From positions 1 through 5,588 of the IMG/VR virus record IMGVR_UViG_3300017773_005253: DNA of 5,588 nt; one strand, given 5' to 3'. This document shows, piece after piece, positions 1 through 3,818 of the stretch. The translations under genes were made by a program, and so were the position numbers. Every line of letters begins with the position of its first letter. Positions within the stretch are counted from its first letter, which is position 1. The notes under the pieces are model-generated. The model saw only the letters and a program-made list of their open reading frames with translations. It was not told the origin of the DNA and did not search any database. Source of the DNA: a virus.

Positions 1-62
1 CAACCTCAGATTACGACGCGATCACGGCGGATGTGGACAGCACCCGTATCGACAAGTCGTAA
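1..62 (+). CDS. Major capsid protein, C-terminal fragment (duplicate of 5466-5527 caused by circular overlap)
   Basis: Identical to the last 62 nt of the 3815-5527 ORF. Codon phase starts at base 3 and the TAA stop is at 60-62. Confidence 0.9.
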   Translation, partial: TSDYDAITADVDSTRIDKS

Positions 63-64
63 CA

Positions 65-93
65 GGTAGGGGGGTGCCTCCCGCCCCCCTGCC
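65..93 (+). terminator. GC-rich hairpin just after the capsid gene stop; terminator-like
   Basis: GGTAGGGGGG (65-74) pairs with CCCCCCTGCC (84-93), giving 10 bp with one U-G wobble at 67/91. The loop is 9 nt (TGCCTCCCG) and CTTTAAT follows. The T tract is short, so intrinsic termination would be weak or partial. Confidence 0.5.
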
Positions 94-116
94 CTTTAAT
101 ATGAAGGAAAAAACAG

Positions 117-644
117 ATGAAAACGTTCAAAAATGGTCCATTGGCCGATTGGAAACAGATAGAAGCGGGTCAAATGATCCCATTTTTATCGAACAAGGCA
201 CGGCGCGTAAAATTTCAGATTGTAGCGAACAGTCCCATAGAGATATGGGCTGGTACAGACGACCAGCTATCAGATGGGGTTCTGGTTGGAGCATCAAGCG
301 ACAAGGCACAAGTTGAATATACGGTCGTAGGTAATTCATATGTAATGGTAAAAGCTGAGAAAAAATCATCGGTATATATCAATGCACCGGATATTGATCA
401 AACGGTTGAAGAAAGTGAAAAACCAAGTTTCACAAGCATTGAGCCACGCGTAAGAAGCAACACAGATGTGGATCGTATGATGCAGTTGTTGAAATACAAT
501 CAACAACAGAACGAAGCAATGTTGGCTAAAGAGCGCGAAAATATGCTCGCAGAAATGGCAAAACGCTTTGCTGAGCAGCCAAAAGCGGAAACGGTGAAAG
601 AAGAGGCACCAGCAGATGATTCAGGAGCTGAGACCGCTTCTTAG
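117..644 (+). CDS. Hypothetical protein, 175 aa; possible structural or scaffolding protein
   Basis: ATG at 117 with SD AAGGA at 104-108 (8-nt spacer). The N-terminal ~95 aa have a beta-strand-like alternating pattern (VKFQIVANSPIEIWA, VEYTVVGNSYVMVKA, SVYINAP). The C-terminal ~60 aa look helical with an acidic tail (RMMQLLKYNQQQNEAMLAKERENMLAEMAKRFAEQ...EEAPADDSGAETAS). I recognise no family. Confidence 0.7.
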   Translation: MKTFKNGPLADWKQIEAGQMIPFLSNKARRVKFQIVANSPIEIWAGTDDQLSDGVLVGASSDKAQVEYTVVGNSYVMVKAEKKSSVYINAPDIDQTVEESEKPSFTSIEPRVRSNTDVDRMMQLLKYNQQQNEAMLAKERENMLAEMAKRFAEQPKAETVKEEAPADDSGAETAS

Positions 645-1146
645 GTTCTTAAGGTTGGTGCGGGCGTTAGACCGCATCAACCGCTTTAAAAATTCTAAGG
701 ATGAATTTGTAAGTAAAGATCACGTTGAAGCAGCAAGAACGCTTGCAACAACGAAATACAAATCAGTAACAAAAGCATATGATTTCGATGGTGTACATCC
801 AGATATAGTAGAATTCTGGAAGGCCATGGATAAGCATTGCAAGAAACGCAACATACCATTGTGGGCGTTTGAATTTGTACGTTCGAAAAAGCGTCAAGAC
901 GCATTGCAAGCAAAAGGTAGATCCAAAGCAAGGGGTGGGCAAAGTCCACACCAATACGGAATGGCCGTGGATATAGTTCACGCGTCAAGAGCTTGGAATC
1001 TAACTAAAAAAGAGTGGGATGTACTTGGCAGTATTGGCAAGGAAATCGCACGTAAAAGAAATTTGAAAATGGAATGGGGTGGAGATTGGAAATTTTACGA
1101 CCCTGCACATTGGCAGATAAAAAACTGGCGAGACCTACTGGACTAG
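616..1146 (+). CDS. Zinc peptidase M15 family cell-wall hydrolase (VanY / L-Ala-D-Glu endopeptidase-like, T5-endolysin-like); putative endolysin
   Basis: ATG at 616 with SD AGAGG at 602-606 (9-nt spacer). It overlaps the upstream ORF by 29 nt. Family landmarks are FVRSKKRQDALQAKGRS, GGQSPHQYGMAVD (His112 codon 949-951, Asp119 codon 970-972) and WGGDW...DPAHW (His165 codon 1108-1110), which give the H-D-H zinc triad. In-frame TTG 655 or GTG 658 are possible alternative starts. Confidence 0.85.
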   Translation: MIQELRPLLRFLRLVRALDRINRFKNSKDEFVSKDHVEAARTLATTKYKSVTKAYDFDGVHPDIVEFWKAMDKHCKKRNIPLWAFEFVRSKKRQDALQAKGRSKARGGQSPHQYGMAVDIVHASRAWNLTKKEWDVLGSIGKEIARKRNLKMEWGGDWKFYDPAHWQIKNWRDLLD

Positions 1147-1151
1147 CCAGA

Positions 1152-1198
1152 GCCGTCCCCGAAACGGAAACTCCATATATTGGAGTTTCGGGGGCGGC
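1152..1198 (+). terminator. Compound hairpin after the peptidase gene (terminator-like or other ssDNA/RNA structural element)
   Basis: The inner stem GAAACTCCA (1167-1175) pairs with TGGAGTTTC (1181-1189) around the loop TATAT. The outer stem GCCGTCCCC (1152-1160) pairs with GGGGGCGGC (1190-1198) with one U-G wobble, and the two stems are separated by a 6-nt 5' bulge. No T tract follows, so a terminator role is uncertain. Confidence 0.4.
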
Positions 1199-1266
1199 GG
1201 CATTAACTCCCTCTCCTCTTGTTGGGATATGCATTTAGTGACACCAACTGAAGCGAAGTAAGTAAA

Positions 1267-2289
1267 TTGTGTATTAGTACAAACAAATTAGATAACGGAG
1301 TTGAAGTTGCGTGTCGCGAATGCTGGCAATGCAGAAAGCGCCGTGTAGATGATCTAGTAGGCCGTTGCATTGCTGAAAGTAGGTTTTCAAAAAAAACATA
1401 CGCAATAACGTTAACATACGCACAAGATGCGGGCGTTAACGCAGTGACATTGGTTTACAAAGACGTTCAGGATTTTCTTAAAAGACTGCGTAAAAAGTAC
1501 AAATGTCGCTATATAGTAGCTGGCGAATACGGCAGCGCAAAGGGGAGAGCACATTGGCATGTAATTATCTTTTTTAAAGATAAAGCGCCTAATGTGGAGG
1601 AGCAAAAGCGGGTTCAGTGGAAATTCTGGCCTCATGGGTTCAGTTATTTTCAACAACCCGATTGGAAAGGTTTTGAATACGCGTTGAAATATGTGTTGAA
1701 AAACCAAGACTCGCGGAGTGCGGACGCACATTTAGCGATGTCGAAAAAGCCCCCGCTAGGCGCGGAATATTTTAATTGGTTAGCGGATGAATATGTACGC
1801 CAAGGATTGGTGCCGCAATCGTATTTTTACAAGTTTGGAGACATACGCGATTATAAAAACCGCGATAAAAGTTTCATGATGACAGGCAGAACTAAGGAAA
1901 AATTTATGGAAAGATTTTTGGAAAGGTGGCTGGACAAGTACGATACAGATCCACGGTCTGAGATCGTAGACCAGTATATTGACGACGTAACCGAGTTGGA
2001 GTTTACGGACGAAGAGTTAATGTCGCGCCTGCATTATAAACCAGTCAAATACATACAGCCGTGGGAAAATTACGGCGATGGAAAGTTTGACACATATATT
2101 CAACACGACATGGAATATGAAGGAATTCCACTAGTTGTGTGGGAATATGACGACGAATTTCACATAATAACGGAACATGATCAATGGCACGAAAAAAGAG
2201 AAGTAATAGTAGAACAAATACAAAAACGGTCAAAAAAAATACGGTCGCGCAAGTTGACCGAAATATTGCGAGAAGAGTGGGACGATTAA
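1267..2289 (+). CDS. Rolling-circle replication initiator (Microviridae VP4 / gpA-like HUH endonuclease), 340 aa
   Basis: N-terminal Cys cluster CRECWQCRKRR. Motif I AITLTY (1402-1419), HUH motif HWH (1552-1560), and the two-tyrosine motif YALKY (Tyr codons 1678-1680 and 1690-1692). The frame opens after TGA 1249-1251. No ATG lies upstream of the conserved Cys motif, so TTG 1267 is the only canonical start. Confidence 0.9.
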   Translation: MCISTNKLDNGVEVACRECWQCRKRRVDDLVGRCIAESRFSKKTYAITLTYAQDAGVNAVTLVYKDVQDFLKRLRKKYKCRYIVAGEYGSAKGRAHWHVIIFFKDKAPNVEEQKRVQWKFWPHGFSYFQQPDWKGFEYALKYVLKNQDSRSADAHLAMSKKPPLGAEYFNWLADEYVRQGLVPQSYFYKFGDIRDYKNRDKSFMMTGRTKEKFMERFLERWLDKYDTDPRSEIVDQYIDDVTELEFTDEELMSRLHYKPVKYIQPWENYGDGKFDTYIQHDMEYEGIPLVVWEYDDEFHIITEHDQWHEKREVIVEQIQKRSKKIRSRKLTEILREEWDD

Positions 2290-2528
2290 AAGCGCAGCGG
2301 CAAGCAAAAGTTTGGGGGGTTACCAACAATACTTTAGTGATCGAACCATTTAGGGCGCAAGCCCCGATCGCAAACCGCACACCCCCTGAACAGGGAATAG
2401 CGAAGCGGAAAAAACCCATTATAAAATGGTCAGATAAGAATCTGCGTTTAAGGTGTAAGGACAGACCGAAAGATAATAAGCCAACAGGCGGATCTGGAGG
2501 TAAAAGAGAATTTGTACCGTGGTGTTAA
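2184..2528 (+). CDS. Highly basic 114-aa protein; candidate DNA-binding/packaging protein (J / VP5 / ORF8 analogue)
   Basis: ATG at 2184 in the -1 frame relative to Rep, overlapping the Rep 3' end by 106 nt and then running 239 nt beyond the Rep stop. About 31 K/R against 7 D/E in 114 aa. Without this ORF, 2290-2739 would be an implausibly long non-coding gap for a microvirus. The SD is weak, and A-rich DNA easily yields Lys-rich frames. Confidence 0.5.
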   Translation: MARKKRSNSRTNTKTVKKNTVAQVDRNIARRVGRLKAQRQAKVWGVTNNTLVIEPFRAQAPIANRTPPEQGIAKRKKPIIKWSDKNLRLRCKDRPKDNKPTGGSGGKREFVPWC

Positions 2529-2533
2529 GATTA

Positions 2534-2569
2534 GCGTTGACCAAGTAAGTTTACGCACCTGGTCAACGC
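2534..2569 (+). other. Perfect 10-bp stem hairpin at the start of the largest non-coding region
   Basis: GCGTTGACCA (2534-2543) pairs with TGGTCAACGC (2560-2569) with no mismatch. The loop is 16 nt and GGGGTTTGATATT follows. It could be a terminator for the Rep/basic-ORF transcript or an ssDNA origin-associated structure. Confidence 0.6.
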
Positions 2570-2574
2570 GGGGT

Positions 2575-2583
2575 TTGATATTA
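2575..2583 (+). promoter_or_regulatory. Candidate viral-strand origin nick-site core (TTG^ATATTA)
   Basis: The 9-mer TTGATATTA is identical to the core of the phiX174 gene A protein cleavage site as I recall it (CAACTTG^ATATTAATAAC). It lies 5 nt 3' of the 10-bp hairpin in the main non-coding region, and the Rep carries the phiX-type YxxxY motif. Confidence 0.35.
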
Positions 2584-2739
2584 CAACTAAAAAGTGAAAT
2601 ACGTAAAAAAAGCAGTTGACATACAAAACAAAGTGTGAGTCTACTGTATTTAGTTAAAACGAAGTAAAAAGACCGCGAGAGAGTGTAGTCATAATAGTTA
2701 TTATGCGAATTAATCTCCCAGCGGTTGAAGGGATGACAA

Positions 2740-2934
2740 TTGTATAAAATATTATTGGCAGAGATAGTCAAGCCTATCATCCGTCGTGCAGGTACTGCGA
2801 TGGGTGCGACTTTAGTTGGAATGGGCGTGGCATCTGAGCAGGCGTTAGAAATTCAAACGGCGGCGATATCCTTACTTCTTGTTTTAGCTGATCTGATTTT
2901 AAGCAGCTTGGAGAGGAAAGTGAGAGATGAATAA
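2740..2934 (+). CDS. Small membrane protein, 64 aa, two predicted TMDs and a charged C-tail; holin/pinholin-like candidate
   Basis: TTG start at 2740 with SD GAAGGGA at 2727-2733. TMD1 is Gly/Ala-rich (AGTAMGATLVGMGVA) and TMD2 is strongly hydrophobic (IQTAAISLLLVLADLILSSL). The tail ERKVRDE is charged. An in-frame internal ATG at 2800 would give a 44-aa product. Confidence 0.6.
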   Translation: MYKILLAEIVKPIIRRAGTAMGATLVGMGVASEQALEIQTAAISLLLVLADLILSSLERKVRDE

Positions 2935-3022
2935 AACAATCGTAAATATGGCGCATGGCGCGATCATGGGAGTGATTATTTCGATTGCTCTATTTGGTCC
3001 AATTTTATTGGAGTGGGTGTAA
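2927..3022 (+). CDS. Micro-ORF, 31 aa, single-pass membrane peptide (MNKTIVNMAHGAIMGVIISIALFGPILLEWV)
   Basis: Absent from the supplied ORF track, presumably because it is too short; I translated it by hand. ATG 2927 overlaps the upstream stop (ATGAATAA, TAA at 2932-2934). SD GAGG lies at 2913-2916. Its TAA (3020-3022) overlaps the ATG of the pilot gene (TAATG). It has one ~21-aa hydrophobic segment. Confidence 0.5.
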   Translation: MNKTIVNMAHGAIMGVIISIALFGPILLEWV

Positions 3023-3750
3023 TGCCAGCTGGATGGTTAGTTCCTGCTCTACAAATGGGCGCAGCATTAATAGGCGCAAAAGCGTCGGGTGATGCGGCAA
3101 AAGCAAGCCAAAGAGGTACAGATCTAAAAAAGCTGCGCAAAGAATCTGAAGCAGCTGGGTTTAATCCTTTAACAGTGTTGCGTGCAACAGGTGGACAAGG
3201 ATTTAACAAAGGATCAAGCGGAGCTTTAGCAAGTGCTTCATTTTGGAGCAGTTTTGCTAATAGCGCAGGTCAGATTGCACGCCAATTTGATCCATATGAA
3301 AAGCGCCGTAAGCAATTGGATATGATTAATACAATTGCAAATATTAAATATACAGGCGCTTTGACAAAAGAAGTCGGTAAAAAACCTGATGATGGATTAA
3401 CATATTTGTTCAATGCGGATGGTAGCCCCAGATTGAATCAGTTTGGGCAACATATGCATATTGATCCACAGGCAGCAGCAGTTTTTCCGACGTTGCAAGC
3501 GTATATGGATATGTCTGGAAATAATTTAAGTTTACCTCACGAGCAGTTGTTGGATATGAATATCGGTTCATTGCCTACAGCAATAGCAGCTGTTGAGGGT
3601 GGAAAACGTGGAGCGGAGTTGCCTAACACTCCGTCTATGCTTCAATTTCCAAGGCAATATCAATTGAACAATGGCGAATGGAGACGACAAACGCGAGCGT
3701 TTTCGTTTGGTGGTGATCCATTTGGATCAAATTCACCAGTGCAGCCATAA
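3022..3750 (+). CDS. DNA pilot / minor capsid protein (VP2 / gpH-like), 242 aa
   Basis: ATG at 3022 with SD GGAG at 3010-3013 (8-nt spacer). I prefer this to the track's GTG at 3013. It has a Gly/Ala-rich hydrophobic N-terminus (AGWLVPALQMGAALIGAKA) and an AGFNPL motif like the AG(L/I/F)NP motif I recall in gokushovirus VP2. It sits directly upstream of the capsid gene and its length is typical. Confidence 0.75.
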   Translation: MPAGWLVPALQMGAALIGAKASGDAAKASQRGTDLKKLRKESEAAGFNPLTVLRATGGQGFNKGSSGALASASFWSSFANSAGQIARQFDPYEKRRKQLDMINTIANIKYTGALTKEVGKKPDDGLTYLFNADGSPRLNQFGQHMHIDPQAAAVFPTLQAYMDMSGNNLSLPHEQLLDMNIGSLPTAIAAVEGGKRGAELPNTPSMLQFPRQYQLNNGEWRRQTRAFSFGGDPFGSNSPVQP

Positions 3751-3818
3751 TGTGCAAGCGTTGCAAAAAAATAAGACAAATTATTAAGAAAATCATCGGA
3801 AGGAGTAAAAAACGATGA
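3750..3818 (+). CDS. Micro-ORF, 22 aa, ultra-basic amphipathic peptide (MCKRCKKIRQIIKKIIGRSKKR); J-like DNA-binding or membrane-active peptide candidate
   Basis: Absent from the ORF track. Its ATG 3750-3752 overlaps the pilot stop (TAATG), and its TGA 3816-3818 overlaps the capsid ATG (ATGA). 11 of 22 residues are K/R and none is acidic. The Ile residues at 8, 11, 12, 15 and 16 form one helical face. It has no SD of its own, so only translational coupling could drive it. The reading frame also spans the capsid SD. Confidence 0.35.
   Translation: MCKRCKKIRQIIKKIIGRSKKR

Larger units (their letters stand above)
1..123. repeat. Terminal redundancy copy 1 (circular-contig overlap)
   Basis: Exact 123-nt match to 5466-5588, checked base by base. 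The match breaks at 124 (c) because the window ends at 5588. Confidence 0.95.

Noticed and set aside
1-123. The terminal direct repeat as a biological DTR, LTR, or insertion-sequence or prophage att boundary.
   Set aside because: The repeat cuts through the capsid ORF and simply continues it. That is what a circular genome written linearly with overlap looks like. Microviridae have no terminal repeats.
74-316. An 80-aa + strand ORF (GTG 74, or ATG 101) overlapping the start of the 175-aa gene.
   Set aside because: GTG 74 lies inside the GC hairpin and ATG 101 has no SD. The product is Arg/Gly/Ser/Trp-rich and looks like off-frame noise. The 117 start has a good SD. An overprinted gene cannot be strictly excluded.
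388-401. A 14-nt exact direct repeat CGGATATTGATCAA at 388-401 and 4728-4741.
   Set aside because: Both copies are in frame and encode the same (P/A)DIDQ peptide in two unrelated proteins. My estimate of chance 14-mer pairs in 5.5 kb is about 0.05, so this is mildly unusual, but nothing else points to a DNA-level function.
1389-1396. A second A8 run inside Rep as a frameshift site.
   Set aside because: The -1 frame terminates after about 16 codons with no recognisable product. A runs are frequent in this genome, so composition is the simplest explanation.
2616-2647. A consensus -35 hexamer TTGACA (2616-2621) as a sigma70-type promoter for the structural genes.
   Set aside because: There is no acceptable -10 at 16-18 nt (GTCTAC, TCTACT). 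TACTGT is 20 nt away. The host and its promoter consensus are unknown, so I mention it only as context for the non-coding region.
2690-2705. The AT palindrome CATAATA-GT-TATTATG, containing the -10-like boxes CATAAT and TATTAT.
   Set aside because: The 2-nt spacer is too short for a hairpin. No matching -35 or TGn element is present. AT-rich palindromes of this size are common by chance in A/T-rich spacers. It could be an operator, but I cannot support that.
2448-2780. A 110-aa minus-strand ORF that would fill the 2529-2739 non-coding gap.
   Set aside because: It starts inside the holin-like gene and ends inside the basic ORF. Its composition is the antisense image of A-rich DNA (F/L/Y/S/C rich), and an antisense gene would be unprecedented for the family. 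I kept the gap as a non-coding regulatory or origin region.
3013-3021. GTG 3013, given in the track as the start of the pilot protein.
   Set aside because: ATG 3022 sits 8 nt after GGAG (3010-3013) and overlaps the stop of the 31-aa ORF (TAATG). GTG 3013 would overlap its own SD.
3753-3765. The small hairpin TGCAA-GCG-TTGCA after the pilot gene as a terminator.
   Set aside because: The stem is only 5 bp, and an A run rather than a T run follows it on the coding strand. It also lies within the candidate 22-aa ORF and the capsid leader.
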